A DNA stretch of 64,000 nt from an uncultured Elusimicrobia bacterium (GCA_964484135.1 CAZAEL010000003.1:4306-68305), one strand, 5' to 3'. Positions 51,213 through 61,468 are shown, numbered from the stretch's first letter. Made by a program: numbers and translations. The notes: generated by a model not told the origin, from the sequence alone.

Positions 51213-52763
51213 ATGACGACCGGGACCAACGGCAGGAACAAGACGCATGGCAAGATCGTGGAGCTGGAGGCGCTCGCCGGCATCCTGGACGGCCTCCGCG
51301 CGAAGGAGAAGCGCATCGTGCACTGCCACGGCGTGTTCGATCTCCTCCACGTGGGACACATCCGACATTTTCAGGAGGCCAAGGGGCTCGGCGACGTCCT
51401 CGTCGTCACCCTGACGCAGGACCAATACGTCAACAAGGGTCCGCACCGGCCGGCTTTCAAGCAGGACCTCCGGGCCGAGGTCATCGCCGCTCTTGACTGC
51501 GTGGATTATGTCGCCATCAATCGATGGCCCCAGGCCGCCGAAACCATAAAGCTCCTCCGGCCGCACGTCTACGCCAAGGGGCCCGATTACAAGGATGCCG
51601 CCAAGGACGTGACGGGCGGCATCACCCAGGAGGAGGACGCGGTTCGGTCCGTGGGCGGGAAGATCGTTTTCACCGAGGACATCACCTTCAGCGCCTCCAA
51701 TCTGCTGAACAAGTTCTTCCCGGCTTTCCCCAAGGAAGTCACGGATTACATCGACCACTTCAAAACCCGCTACCCGACGGACAGGGTGCTGGACTATCTC
51801 GAGAAGGCGCGGCCACTCAAGGTGCTCGTCATCGGAGAAACCATCATCGACGAGTATCAATTTTGTACCGCCATCGGAAAGTCCTCCAAGGAGCCCATTA
51901 TCGCCCTTCGGCACAATGCCACGGAACGGTTCGCCGGCGGCGTTCTGGCGGTCGGCAACCACATCGCGAACTTCTGCGAAGAGGTGGGGCTGGTTTCTTA
52001 CTTGGGCAAGGACAGCCCGCACGAACGGTTCGTCCGCGGCAGTTTGAACGAAAAGATCGTGTCCCACTTTCTTTATAAACAGGACTGCCCGACCATCCTG
52101 AAACGGCGCTTCATCGAAAGTTATTTTTTCAGCAAACTCCTCGAAGTGTACGAGATGAACGACCGGGAGTTGAACGAGAAGGAGAACGCCGAGTTCTGCG
52201 CCGTGCTCGACCGGGAGGTGCCGAAATACGACGTCGTGATCGTCTTTGACTTCGGACACGGTATGATGAGCCGGAAGGCCATCGACATCATTTGCCAGAA
52301 GGCGGCCTTCCTGGCCGTCAACGTGCAGTCCAATGCCGGAAACACCGGCTACCAGACGGTGCTCAAGTACCCGCGCGCGGATTACGTATGCATGGCGGAA
52401 AACGAGGTCCGCATGGACCTGCGCGACCGCTACAGCGAGCTCCGGGACGTCACCCGGGGGCTTTATGACAAGTTGGATTGTCAAAAAGTGGTGGTGACCC
52501 GCGGTAAAAACGGATGCCTCTGCTACAGCGCAGAAGAGGGGTTCATCCAGGTGCCGGCCCTGGCGGGGCAAGTGGTGGACCGCATGGGCACGGGGGACGC
52601 TTTTCTCTCCCTGACCGCCCTCTGCGTCAAACAAAAGGCCCCGCTGGAGGTCGTCGGTTTCATCGGAAACGCGGTGGGCGCTCAGGCGGTGGCCACCGTG
52701 GGGCACCGCCGGTTCATTGAAAAGGCTCCCCTGCTCAAGCACATCCAAACCCTGATGAAATGA
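51213..52763 (+). CDS. Bifunctional sugar-phosphate nucleotidyltransferase (N-terminal, RfaE-domain-II/cytidylyltransferase-like) and PfkB-type sugar kinase (C-terminal): HldE-like with inverted domain order
   Basis: N-terminal CHGVFDLLHVGHIRHFQEAKGLGDVLVVTLTQD (HxGH nucleotidyltransferase). C-terminal PfkB pattern with VVDRMGTGDAFLS. GGGAG Shine-Dalgarno 7 nt before ATG 51213. Confidence 0.65.
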   Translation: MTTGTNGRNKTHGKIVELEALAGILDGLRAKEKRIVHCHGVFDLLHVGHIRHFQEAKGLGDVLVVTLTQDQYVNKGPHRPAFKQDLRAEVIAALDCVDYVAINRWPQAAETIKLLRPHVYAKGPDYKDAAKDVTGGITQEEDAVRSVGGKIVFTEDITFSASNLLNKFFPAFPKEVTDYIDHFKTRYPTDRVLDYLEKARPLKVLVIGETIIDEYQFCTAIGKSSKEPIIALRHNATERFAGGVLAVGNHIANFCEEVGLVSYLGKDSPHERFVRGSLNEKIVSHFLYKQDCPTILKRRFIESYFFSKLLEVYEMNDRELNEKENAEFCAVLDREVPKYDVVIVFDFGHGMMSRKAIDIICQKAAFLAVNVQSNAGNTGYQTVLKYPRADYVCMAENEVRMDLRDRYSELRDVTRGLYDKLDCQKVVVTRGKNGCLCYSAEEGFIQVPALAGQVVDRMGTGDAFLSLTALCVKQKAPLEVVGFIGNAVGAQAVATVGHRRFIEKAPLLKHIQTLMK

Positions 52764-52782
52764 GGACGATGGAGACCCTTCC

Positions 52783-53388
52783 ATGCTGAAAGACACAGTT
52801 TCGAAGCTCGGCGCAACGGCTTATCTTCAGGACCTCACGCGGATTCTGCTCGGTACGTCGGTCACGGACGCCCGCGGCGCGGAACTTCTCCTGGACGCCG
52901 CCATCGACCGCGCCAGCGACCTGGTGTGGTCCCGCCGAACCGGTTCTGCCAAGGTGATGTTGGTGGGAAACGGCGGCAGCGCCGCCATCGTGAGCCACGC
53001 CCAAAACGACCTCTGTAAGATGATCGGCGCCCGGGCCATGGTGTTCCATGAGACCTCCTACCTCACGGCCCTGGCCAACGACGACGGTTATGAGACCGCT
53101 TTCGAAACGAATGTCCGCCTTTGGGCGGCCCGAGGAGACATGCTGGTGGCCGTAAGCAGTTCGGGGCGGTCGGAGAACATCCTTCGGGCCGTCCGCGCGG
53201 CGCGCGACGCTGGCTGCGAGGTGGCGACTTTTTCCGGGTTCAAACCCGACAACCCGCTTCGCGGCATGGGGGACCTCAATTTTTACGTCAAATCCGGCGA
53301 ATATGGTTTCGTCGAGGTCTCGCACATGGCGTTGCTCCACCTGCTGACGGACCTGACCGCGCGACGTCTTAAGAAGGGAGATCGCTGA
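52783..53388 (+). CDS. gmhA: Phosphoheptose (sedoheptulose-7-phosphate) isomerase
   Basis: SIS domain: VMLVGNGGSAAIVSHAQNDL ... LVAVSSSGRSENIL. Confidence 0.85.
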   Translation: MLKDTVSKLGATAYLQDLTRILLGTSVTDARGAELLLDAAIDRASDLVWSRRTGSAKVMLVGNGGSAAIVSHAQNDLCKMIGARAMVFHETSYLTALANDDGYETAFETNVRLWAARGDMLVAVSSSGRSENILRAVRAARDAGCEVATFSGFKPDNPLRGMGDLNFYVKSGEYGFVEVSHMALLHLLTDLTARRLKKGDR

Positions 53389-54392
53389 TGCCTGCCAATC
53401 GTTTCAAGGAGGTCCTGGTCACCGGAGGGGCCGGCTACGTCGGTGCCATCTTGGTGCCGAAGCTGTTGAAGAAAGGGTATCGCGTCCGGGTACTCGACCT
53501 GTATATGTACGGGGACAACGTCCTTGACGCGGTCAAGGACCATGTGGGCCTGCGGCAGATCAAAGGCGACATGCGGGACGTGAGGCTCCTCAAGGACGCG
53601 ATCCTCGGTTGCGATGCCGTCATACATCTGGCCTGTATCTCCAATGATCCCAGTTTCGAGCTCAACCCGGAACTGGGCAAGTCCATCAACTACGATGCCT
53701 TCCTGCCCTTGGTCCGGCACTCCAAGGAGTTCGGCGTGAAACGGTTCGTCTATGCCTCCTCTTCAAGCGTCTACGGGGTGAAAGAGGAGGACAACGTCAC
53801 CGAGGATCTCCCTCTGGAGCCACTCACGGACTACTCCAAATATAAGGCCATGTGTGAAGAGATTCTGCAAAAGGAGCGCGCGCCGGGTTTCGTCGCGCTG
53901 ACTCTTCGCCCGGCCACGGTCTGTGGCTACTCGCCGCGCCTCCGTCTGGACCTCTCCGTCAACATCCTCACCAACCACGCGGTGAACAACAGGAAGATTC
54001 GCGTGTTCGGCGGCGCGCAGCAGCGCCCCAATATCCACATCGACGACGTCTCGGACCTCTACGTGCAATCGCTCGAGTGGCCGGACGAAAAGATCGATGG
54101 CCAAGTGTTCAACGCCGGATACGAGAATCAATCCCTGAACGACCTGGCCGCGACCGTGAAGAAGGTCGTGGGAGAGGACGTGGCCATCGTCACCGAGCCC
54201 ACCAACGACAATCGTTCCTACCGTATTTCTTCGGAGCGGATCAAGAAGGCGTTGGGCTTCGTGCCGCGCCATACCATCGAGGACGCCGTGGTCGACCTGG
54301 TGAAAGCCTTTCGTGAAGGGAAGATTCCCAACGCCATGACGGACGACCGTTATTACAACATCAAAACCATGCAGCGCCTGAAGCTCAAATAG
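53388..54392 (+). CDS. NAD-dependent epimerase/dehydratase (extended SDR; specificity unknown)
   Basis: VLVTGGAGYVGAILV ... YSKYKAMCE (YxxxK). ATG overlaps the gmhA stop. Confidence 0.75.
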   Translation: MPANRFKEVLVTGGAGYVGAILVPKLLKKGYRVRVLDLYMYGDNVLDAVKDHVGLRQIKGDMRDVRLLKDAILGCDAVIHLACISNDPSFELNPELGKSINYDAFLPLVRHSKEFGVKRFVYASSSSVYGVKEEDNVTEDLPLEPLTDYSKYKAMCEEILQKERAPGFVALTLRPATVCGYSPRLRLDLSVNILTNHAVNNRKIRVFGGAQQRPNIHIDDVSDLYVQSLEWPDEKIDGQVFNAGYENQSLNDLAATVKKVVGEDVAIVTEPTNDNRSYRISSERIKKALGFVPRHTIEDAVVDLVKAFREGKIPNAMTDDRYYNIKTMQRLKLK

Positions 54393-54394
54393 GC

Positions 54395-55369
54395 ATGGGC
54401 CGCCTGGACCCTCAAACGGGCCTCGCTCTCTATGAACGGATGCTCCGCATCCGGCTCGTGGAGGAGCGTATCGTCGAGTTGTATCCCGAGCAACAGATGC
54501 GCTGCCCCGTGCACCTTTGTATCGGACAGGAGGCCGTGTCGGCGGGCGTTTGCGCCCGGCTCCGCAACACGGATCGGGTCTACAGCACCCACCGTTCCCA
54601 CGGGCATTACGTGGGCAAGGGGGGCGATCTGAAGGCGATGTTGGCGGAAATCTACGGCAAAGCGACGGGCTGTTGCCGGGGGAAAGGCGGTTCCATGCAC
54701 CTCTTGGATCTGTCCGTGGGATACATGGGTTCGGCGCCCATCGTCGGCGCCACCATCCCCGTGGCGGTGGGCTCCGCTTTGGCCTCACGGACCAGCCGGA
54801 CGGACGAGGTGACGGTGACGTTTTTCGGAGAAGGCGCGACCGAGGAGGGCGTGTTCCACGAGGCCGTCAATTTCGCTGTACTGAAGAAACTCCCCGTGGT
54901 CTTCGTCTGCGAGAACAACCTCTATTCGGTCTACTCGCCCATGTCCGTGCGCCAGCCTGAGGGACGCGAAGTCTACGCCCTGGCGGCGGGGCACGGCTTG
55001 CCGAGCTTCAAGGCGGACGGGAACGACGTCGCGGAAGTCTATCGCTTGGCGGGGGAAGCCGTTGAGCGCGCGCGGACAGGGAAAGGCCCCTCGTTTCTTG
55101 AGTTCTCCACCTACCGCTGGCGGGAGCATTGCGGACCCAATTTCGACAATGACATCGGCTACCGCACGGAAGCCGAATACCGGGCCTGGCGGAAGCTTTG
55201 CCCGCTTGAGCGCGCCGAACGGGAATTGAGAGGGGCGGGCACCCTCGACGAACGCCGTCGCGCTGCCCTGGAATCGTCCATCCGGGCCGAGATAGACGAA
55301 GCCGTCCGTTTCGCCAAGGAGAGCCCTTTCCCTCCGGCGGAACAGATGGAGGAGCATGTCTATGCCTGA
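54395..55369 (+). CDS. Thiamine-diphosphate-dependent dehydrogenase E1 component, alpha subunit
   Basis: Pyruvate/acetoin dehydrogenase E1-alpha pattern: HLCIGQEAVSAG ... GKGGSMHL ... TPP-binding FFGEGATEEGVFHEAVNFA ... CENNLYS. Confidence 0.8.
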   Translation: MGRLDPQTGLALYERMLRIRLVEERIVELYPEQQMRCPVHLCIGQEAVSAGVCARLRNTDRVYSTHRSHGHYVGKGGDLKAMLAEIYGKATGCCRGKGGSMHLLDLSVGYMGSAPIVGATIPVAVGSALASRTSRTDEVTVTFFGEGATEEGVFHEAVNFAVLKKLPVVFVCENNLYSVYSPMSVRQPEGREVYALAAGHGLPSFKADGNDVAEVYRLAGEAVERARTGKGPSFLEFSTYRWREHCGPNFDNDIGYRTEAEYRAWRKLCPLERAERELRGAGTLDERRRAALESSIRAEIDEAVRFAKESPFPPAEQMEEHVYA

Positions 55370-56435
55370 ACATCCCGCGGCCCGCGAAATCCGTTTCTCC
55401 CAGGCCCTGAACGAGGCCGTGGACCAATGCATGTCCCGCGACCCGCGGGTCGTGTTGATGGGGCTCGGCGTGCCGGACCCGAAAGGGATCTTCGGCAGCA
55501 CGAGCGGCCTCCAGAAGAAACACGGACCGAATCGGGTGATGGACATGCCCTGTTCGGAGAACGGGATGACGGGGGTATGCGTGGGGGCGGCCGTCTCGGG
55601 CCTGCGTCCGGTGCTGACGCACCAGCGCATCGATTTCGCCCTTCTCTCCATGGACCAGATCGTGAACCAGGCCGCCAAGTGGCACTACATGTTCGGAGGG
55701 AAAATGAAGGTGCCCCTGGTCATCCGCATGATCATCGGCCGCGGCTGGGGCCAGGGGCCTCAGCATTCCCAGAGCCTGCAGGCCTGGTTCGCCCACGTCC
55801 CGGGATTGAAGGTCGTGATGCCAGCCACGCCCTATGACGCCAAGGGGTTGCTTGTGTCCGCCATTGAGGACGACAACCCCGTGGTGTTCCTTGAGCATCG
55901 CTGGCTTTACAACATCAAAGGGCCCGTGCCGGAAGAGGTCTACCGCGTTCCCCTCGGGAAGGCCCGCCTGGCGAGGGAGGGGGCCAACGTGACCATCGTG
56001 GCCACGTCTTACATGACTTTGGAGGCGTTGAGGGCCGCCGATGAGTTGAAAAAAACGGGCATCAGCGCCGAAGTCGTCGACGTCCGCACGCTGCGGCCCC
56101 TGGACTCGAAGACGATCCTTGACTCGGTGCGCAAAACCGGCCGCCTTGTGGTGGCGGACACGGGATGGAAAGCGGTGGGGTTCGCGGCGGAGGTGGTGGC
56201 CCAGGCGTCGGAGCAGGCCCTGGGTGATCTGAAGGCGCCGCCCGTGCGCATCACGCTCCCCGACTGCCCCGCCCCGACCAGCCCGGCGCTGGCGGACGGG
56301 TACTATCCGCGCGCGGTGCACATCGCCGCGGCCGTGCGGAAGATGCTGAAGCAGGACGTCGGTGAACTGCTGGACAGTCACCCCGCCGGCCAGCCACTGG
56401 ACGTGCCCGACATGAGTTTCACCGGGCCTTTTTAA
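55356..56435 (+). CDS. Thiamine-diphosphate-dependent dehydrogenase E1 component, beta subunit (transketolase-like)
   Basis: Pyrimidine-binding and C-terminal transketolase domains (ENGMTGVCVGAAVSGLRPV ... VFLEHRWLY). Overlaps the alpha gene. Confidence 0.8.
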   Translation: MSMPEHPAAREIRFSQALNEAVDQCMSRDPRVVLMGLGVPDPKGIFGSTSGLQKKHGPNRVMDMPCSENGMTGVCVGAAVSGLRPVLTHQRIDFALLSMDQIVNQAAKWHYMFGGKMKVPLVIRMIIGRGWGQGPQHSQSLQAWFAHVPGLKVVMPATPYDAKGLLVSAIEDDNPVVFLEHRWLYNIKGPVPEEVYRVPLGKARLAREGANVTIVATSYMTLEALRAADELKKTGISAEVVDVRTLRPLDSKTILDSVRKTGRLVVADTGWKAVGFAAEVVAQASEQALGDLKAPPVRITLPDCPAPTSPALADGYYPRAVHIAAAVRKMLKQDVGELLDSHPAGQPLDVPDMSFTGPF

Positions 56436-56448
56436 TTAAGGAGAAAAC

Positions 56449-57450
56449 ATGAACACGCGCGTCGCGGTCATCGGGAGCAATTCATTCTCGGGAAGCGATT
56501 TCGTCGACCTCCTCCTGGAAGAGGGGCATTACGAGGTCGTCGGCATCAGTCGTTCCCCGGAGAAGAGCGAGGTCTTCCTGCCGTACAAGCGGCATATGAA
56601 CGGAGCCGGAAGCCGATTCCGGTTCCATCAACTGGACCTCAACCACGAGATTCCGAAGATGCTGCAGGTTCTTGAGGACTTCAGGCCCGAGGCCATCGTC
56701 AACTTCGCCGCCCAGAGCGAGGTGGCGCCGAGCTGGGAGAACCCGGACCATTGGTTCCTCACCAACGCGGTGGCTCTCACGCGGCTGGTGAACGGCTTGA
56801 AGGACAAGAAATGGCTGAAGAGATACGTCCACATCTCTTCGCCGGAGGTATACGGCACCTGCGAGGGCTTCATCACCGAGTCCGCTCCGGTCAACCCCAG
56901 CACGCCCTACGCCGCCTCCAAGGCCGCGGGCGACCTATCGCTCTTCACCTACCACAAGAACTTCGCCTTCCCCATCGTCACGATCCGCGCCACGAACGTC
57001 TACGGGGCCTACCAGCAGCTCTTCAAGATTATCCCGCGCTCCGTCATCAACCTGAAGTTGGGTAAGACCATCCAGCTCCATGGGGGCGGCGTGGCGGTGA
57101 AGTCCTACATCCACATCCGCGACGTCTCTCGCGGTGAGCTGGCCGCGATGGAGAAGGGGCGGCCGGGCGAGATCTACCACCTCTCGCCCGACCGCGGCTA
57201 CGCCGTAAAGGAGGTGGTGGAGACCATCTGCCGGCGGATGGGCAAGGATTTCGCGAAATGCACCGAGGCCGTGGCCGAGCGCCTGGGACAGGACAAGGCC
57301 TACACCATCGATTCCTCCAAGGCCCGGAAGGAATTCGGCTGGAAGCCGGCCGTGTCGCTCGACGAAGGCATCGGGCAGGTCATCTCCTGGGTGGACCGCT
57401 ACTGGGACCAGATTCAGAGACAGCCCCTCAATTACGCGCATAAGCCATGA
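56449..57450 (+). CDS. NAD(P)-dependent epimerase/dehydratase-family protein (candidate NDP-sugar ketoreductase/epimerase)
   Basis: VAVIGSNSFSGSDFV ... YAASKAAGD (YxxxK). Confidence 0.7.
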   Translation: MNTRVAVIGSNSFSGSDFVDLLLEEGHYEVVGISRSPEKSEVFLPYKRHMNGAGSRFRFHQLDLNHEIPKMLQVLEDFRPEAIVNFAAQSEVAPSWENPDHWFLTNAVALTRLVNGLKDKKWLKRYVHISSPEVYGTCEGFITESAPVNPSTPYAASKAAGDLSLFTYHKNFAFPIVTIRATNVYGAYQQLFKIIPRSVINLKLGKTIQLHGGGVAVKSYIHIRDVSRGELAAMEKGRPGEIYHLSPDRGYAVKEVVETICRRMGKDFAKCTEAVAERLGQDKAYTIDSSKARKEFGWKPAVSLDEGIGQVISWVDRYWDQIQRQPLNYAHKP

Positions 57451-58691
57451 AGACCTTTTCGAAATCCAGAAGGAAATCTCGAGCGCCCATCGCGCGGAAG
57501 GCCGAAAGCCACATCCGCCGGCGTAAGACGGCATGTTCGGCCTGCGGGGAGGAGAGATTGGTCAGGTTGCTTGATCTGCCCAATCTGCCGCTCACCGGGA
57601 TTTACCTCAAAGAGAAGGTCCGCGGACGGTTCGAGCCGTCGGACCAGGGGTTGTCCCTCTGCCGCGTCTGCGGTCACGCCCAGCTGTTGAACGTCCTTGA
57701 CCCGAACTACGTTTATGACGACACCTACACGCACCGCAGCTCCCAGAGTCCCATCGCGACGGGCGGGAACGACTTCTTCCACGTTTTCATCGCCAAATTG
57801 AGCGGGGGGCGGAAATTTCGCCGCATCGTGGACGTGGGTTGCAACGACATGGTGCTGCTCCGCAAGCTTCAGCCCATGGGGGAACGGCTTCTGGGCGTGG
57901 ACCCCATCTGGCGGGGCAACGAGCCGCCCGATGAGGGAAACATCCGCGTGCTGGGTAAGTTCATCGAGGAGGTGGATTTGGCCAAAGAGCTGGGCGGCCG
58001 GCCGGATTTGGTCGTTTCCACGCACACCTTCGAGCACATTGACGAGCCCAAGGTTGAAATCAAGCGGCTATTGGACGCCGCGGATCCAGACGCACTTTTC
58101 GTGGTGGAAGTCCCGAGTTTCGACACGCTTTTGGAGCTTTCGCGTTTCGATCAGGTGTTTCATCAGCACATCCAGTATTTCAGCCTGGCTTCCTTTTCGC
58201 GGATGGTTCGTGACCTCGGTTGCCGGGTGACGGCGCACGCATTCAATTACTATTATTGGGGTGGCACGATGTTGGTGGCGTTCCGTCGCGCCAGAGGCGG
58301 TTCGGGAGAAGACGGCTTTCAGATGCCGACCGAAGAGGCCGCCTCCGGGAGTTTTTCCCGTTTCAAAGCGCAGCTGACATCCACGATGAAGACCGTTGAA
58401 TCCCTGCGCGGTACGGCGATACATGGTTTTGGCGCGGCCCAGATGCTGCCGACGCTCGCTTACCACATGGGGACGGACCTTTCGTTTTTGGATTCCATTC
58501 TGGACGACGATCCTCGCAGGGACGGGTTGGTGTACCCCGATTTGGCCCCCCGAATTGAACGGCCGGGAGAGGATTTTACGCTCGAAGGTAAAAATGTGTT
58601 GTTGACGGCCCTCGACAGCGCGCGGCCCATCCTGCGCCGGCTCATCGCGTTGAGGCCCAAACGGTTGCTTTTGCCGCTCAGCCTGCTCTGA
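57447..58691 (+). CDS. NDP-sugar C-methyltransferase (TylCIII/EryBIII-like; N-terminal Zn-finger, class I SAM MTase core, C-terminal C-MT domain)
   Basis: CSACGEERL ... CRVCGHAQL Zn-binding pairs. VDVGCNDMVLL SAM motif. EHIDEP. C-terminal domain typical of sugar C3/C5 methyltransferases. ATGA coupling. Confidence 0.7.
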   Translation: MKTFSKSRRKSRAPIARKAESHIRRRKTACSACGEERLVRLLDLPNLPLTGIYLKEKVRGRFEPSDQGLSLCRVCGHAQLLNVLDPNYVYDDTYTHRSSQSPIATGGNDFFHVFIAKLSGGRKFRRIVDVGCNDMVLLRKLQPMGERLLGVDPIWRGNEPPDEGNIRVLGKFIEEVDLAKELGGRPDLVVSTHTFEHIDEPKVEIKRLLDAADPDALFVVEVPSFDTLLELSRFDQVFHQHIQYFSLASFSRMVRDLGCRVTAHAFNYYYWGGTMLVAFRRARGGSGEDGFQMPTEEAASGSFSRFKAQLTSTMKTVESLRGTAIHGFGAAQMLPTLAYHMGTDLSFLDSILDDDPRRDGLVYPDLAPRIERPGEDFTLEGKNVLLTALDSARPILRRLIALRPKRLLLPLSLL

Positions 58692-58701
58692 CCAAAAAGC
58701 C

Positions 58702-59622
58702 ATGAAAAACTCGTCTTCGTCCAATCGGAAATTGCGGGTCGCCATCATCGGGAGCGGGAACATCGGCGCCGACCTCTTGGTGAAGGTGTCTCGTTCCCCG
58801 GTTCTGGAGTGCTCGTTGTTCATTGGGCGGAGCCTGGAATCCAAGGGCATGCAGGTGGCCCGCGGTCTTGGCGTGCCGGTTTCTGACCGGAGTATCGACG
58901 CGATTTCGGACGATCCTGACCGCTGTGAGCTGGTATTCGACGCAACGTCCGCAAAGGACCACATGCGCCATTCCAAAATCCTGGCGGATCTGGGCAAGAT
59001 GGTGGTGGATATGACGCCGTCCCGCGTGGGCCGCATGGTCGTCCCCGCGGTCGATGGAGACAAGGCGGCCGATTTTCAGAACGTGAATATGGTGAGCTGT
59101 GGGGGTCAAGCTTCAATCCCGTTGGCCTACGCGCTGGCGCAGGCGCACGATCGCGTGGATTATATCGAGGTCGTTTCCAGCATCGCTTCCAAAAGCGCGG
59201 GGCCGGCGACGCGGATCAACCTTGATGAGTATATTGAGACCACCGAGGCCGCGATACAGAGTTATTCCAAGTGCCGGAAGGCCAAGACGATTCTCATCCT
59301 GAACCCCGCCGAACCCTGCATCGATATGCAGACGACGGTCTCTGCGGTGGTCGAACAGCCGAACCTGGAGAAGCTCGAAGGGGTGCTTCGGGGCGTGCTT
59401 GAAAATGTCACCTCTTATGTACCTGGATACGAACTGGTCGTCAGGCCGGTATTCCAGAGCGGCCGTATCTTCATGATGGCGCGCGTCCGCGGCCGGGGAG
59501 ACTATCTGCCGCGTTACGCAGGCAACCTGGACATCATCAACTGCGCCGCCATCGCCACCGCGGAGCGGTACGCGCGCAAGGTCCTTGCCAAAGAGCCGTT
59601 TAGAGAGGAGACCAAGATATGA
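58702..59622 (+). CDS. Acetaldehyde dehydrogenase (acetylating), DmpF/MhpF/BphJ family
   Basis: KLRVAIIGSGNIGADLLVKVSRS ... NMVSCGGQASIP. Hallmark N-terminus and catalytic Cys region. Confidence 0.85.
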   Translation: MKNSSSSNRKLRVAIIGSGNIGADLLVKVSRSPVLECSLFIGRSLESKGMQVARGLGVPVSDRSIDAISDDPDRCELVFDATSAKDHMRHSKILADLGKMVVDMTPSRVGRMVVPAVDGDKAADFQNVNMVSCGGQASIPLAYALAQAHDRVDYIEVVSSIASKSAGPATRINLDEYIETTEAAIQSYSKCRKAKTILILNPAEPCIDMQTTVSAVVEQPNLEKLEGVLRGVLENVTSYVPGYELVVRPVFQSGRIFMMARVRGRGDYLPRYAGNLDIINCAAIATAERYARKVLAKEPFREETKI

Positions 59623-60644
59623 AACGGAAGATCCTCATCAGCGATCCGACTCTGCGGGACGGCAACCATGCGGTACAGCACCAGTTGAACGCCGAGCAGG
59701 TCGCGGCCTATTGTGAGGCCGCGGACGCGGCCGGGGTCCCCATTGTGGAGGTGGGACACGGCAACGGCATCGGGGCTTCTTCCCTCCAGGTGGGGGAGAG
59801 TCTTCTCGGCGATGCCGAGATGCTGTCCGTGGCGCGCAAGCACCTGAAACGATCCAAATTGGGCATCCACTGCATGCCGAGCTTTGCCACCATCAACAAG
59901 GACCTGCAGCCGGCCATCGATTTGGGCGTGGATGTCATTCGTATCGGCGCGCATTGCACGGAAGCGGACACCACCCAACGGCAGATCGGTTACGCGCGTT
60001 CCAAAGGGAAAGAGGTGTTCGGCGCCCTCATGATGATCCATATGGCGACCAAGGAGCAGCTGGCCGAAGAATGCCGTAAAATGGAATCTTACGGCGCCCA
60101 GGCCGTCATCTTGTTGGATTCCGTCGGCGGCTATCTGCCGGACGACGTGCGGGAACTGGTTTCCTATGTGGTCTCAAAAGTCAACATTCCTATCGGGTTC
60201 CATGCCCACAACAACCTGGGGATGGCCATTGCCAATCCCGTCGCAGCGGTCGAAGCGGGGGCCTCCATTGCGGATGGGACCGCCCGGGGCTTCGGGGCCG
60301 GGGCGGGCAACACCCAACTCGAGGTGCTGGTGGCCGTGCTTCACAAGCTCGGTTATGAAACGGGCATCGATCTATACAAAATGCTTGACGCTTCGGACTT
60401 GGCGGCGAAAGAACTGATGAAGGTCGTGCCTTCGATCAGGCCCTCCAGCATCGTGAGCGGACTGTCGGGTGTATTCTCCGGTTTCGCCAAGCATGTGGAG
60501 CGGGTGGCGACGCAATACGGCGTGGATCCCCGGGACGTATTTTTTGAACTCGGAAAGCGAAAAGTGGTCGCAGGACAAGAGGATTGCATCATCGAAGTGG
60601 CCATGGACTTGGTCAAAAAAAAGGAGGCCGCCGCGGCGCGTTGA
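59619..60644 (+). CDS. 4-hydroxy-2-oxovalerate aldolase (DmpG/MhpE/BphI family)
   Basis: ISDPTLRDGNHAVQH ... HAHNNLGMAIAN ... DRE-TIM aldolase with C-terminal communication domain. ATGA coupling with the dehydrogenase gene. Confidence 0.85.
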   Translation: MKRKILISDPTLRDGNHAVQHQLNAEQVAAYCEAADAAGVPIVEVGHGNGIGASSLQVGESLLGDAEMLSVARKHLKRSKLGIHCMPSFATINKDLQPAIDLGVDVIRIGAHCTEADTTQRQIGYARSKGKEVFGALMMIHMATKEQLAEECRKMESYGAQAVILLDSVGGYLPDDVRELVSYVVSKVNIPIGFHAHNNLGMAIANPVAAVEAGASIADGTARGFGAGAGNTQLEVLVAVLHKLGYETGIDLYKMLDASDLAAKELMKVVPSIRPSSIVSGLSGVFSGFAKHVERVATQYGVDPRDVFFELGKRKVVAGQEDCIIEVAMDLVKKKEAAAAR

Positions 60645-60646
60645 CC

Positions 60647-61468
60647 ATGTTGAAAACCAATTTTCTCAAACAGAAGCTCGCGTCCCAGCGTTTCGTCCTG
60701 GGGACTTGGTGCAACCTGCCTTCATCCTTCGTGGCCGATGTTATTGCGTCTTCAGGGCTGGATTTCCTCGTGATTGACCGGGAACACGGCGCGGTGGGCC
60801 ACGGTACGGCCGCGGCCATGGCAATGGCTTGCGAATCGAACGGCGTTTCGCCCGTGCTTCGCGTTCCGGGGATCGAGGAGGCCGAGATATTGAAAGCGCT
60901 GGATATCGGCATACACGCCCTCCAGGTGCCGAACGTTTCAGGGACGGCGGATGTGGAGCGTATCGTTTCCTTCGCCAAATATCCTCCGCTTGGTCGCCGC
61001 GGCTTTTCACCATTCACTCGGGCCGGAGCCTATTCGCACCTCAACGCCCCGCGCCTTTTCCGTGAAGCAAACGCCAACGTGCTCCTTGTGGTGCACGTGG
61101 AAGGCCCGGAAGCCGTGGAGGCCTCCGGGCGTATCGCCGAGATGGACGCCATAGACGTTGTGTTTGTCGGCCTATACGATCTGTCCAAGGCCGTGGGCAT
61201 GGCGGGTGAGGTGAATCATCCCAAGGTATGGGGCCAGTTGGAAACCGTGGTCAAGCGGATCGGAGGGGCCGGCAAGGCCGTCGGCACCATCGCCACCGAC
61301 GTCGAGCAGGTCCGGCGCTATGTGGATATGGGCGTTCGTTATATCACGTACTCGGTGGATTGTGAAGTGTTGGGACGGGGCTATCGTGATGCCGTCGGGG
61401 CATTGGCCGACATTCGAAAAAAGAATACATCGCTCAAAACCACCGTAAAGGAGAGACAGAGAGCATGA
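60647..61468 (+). CDS. HpcH/HpaI family 2-keto-3-deoxy-acid aldolase
   Basis: LGTWCNLPSSFVADVIASSGLDFLVIDREHG ... VPNVSGTADVERIV ... KYPPLGRRG. Start at ATG 60647 rather than ORF-track 60584. Confidence 0.75.
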   Translation: MLKTNFLKQKLASQRFVLGTWCNLPSSFVADVIASSGLDFLVIDREHGAVGHGTAAAMAMACESNGVSPVLRVPGIEEAEILKALDIGIHALQVPNVSGTADVERIVSFAKYPPLGRRGFSPFTRAGAYSHLNAPRLFREANANVLLVVHVEGPEAVEASGRIAEMDAIDVVFVGLYDLSKAVGMAGEVNHPKVWGQLETVVKRIGGAGKAVGTIATDVEQVRRYVDMGVRYITYSVDCEVLGRGYRDAVGALADIRKKNTSLKTTVKERQRA

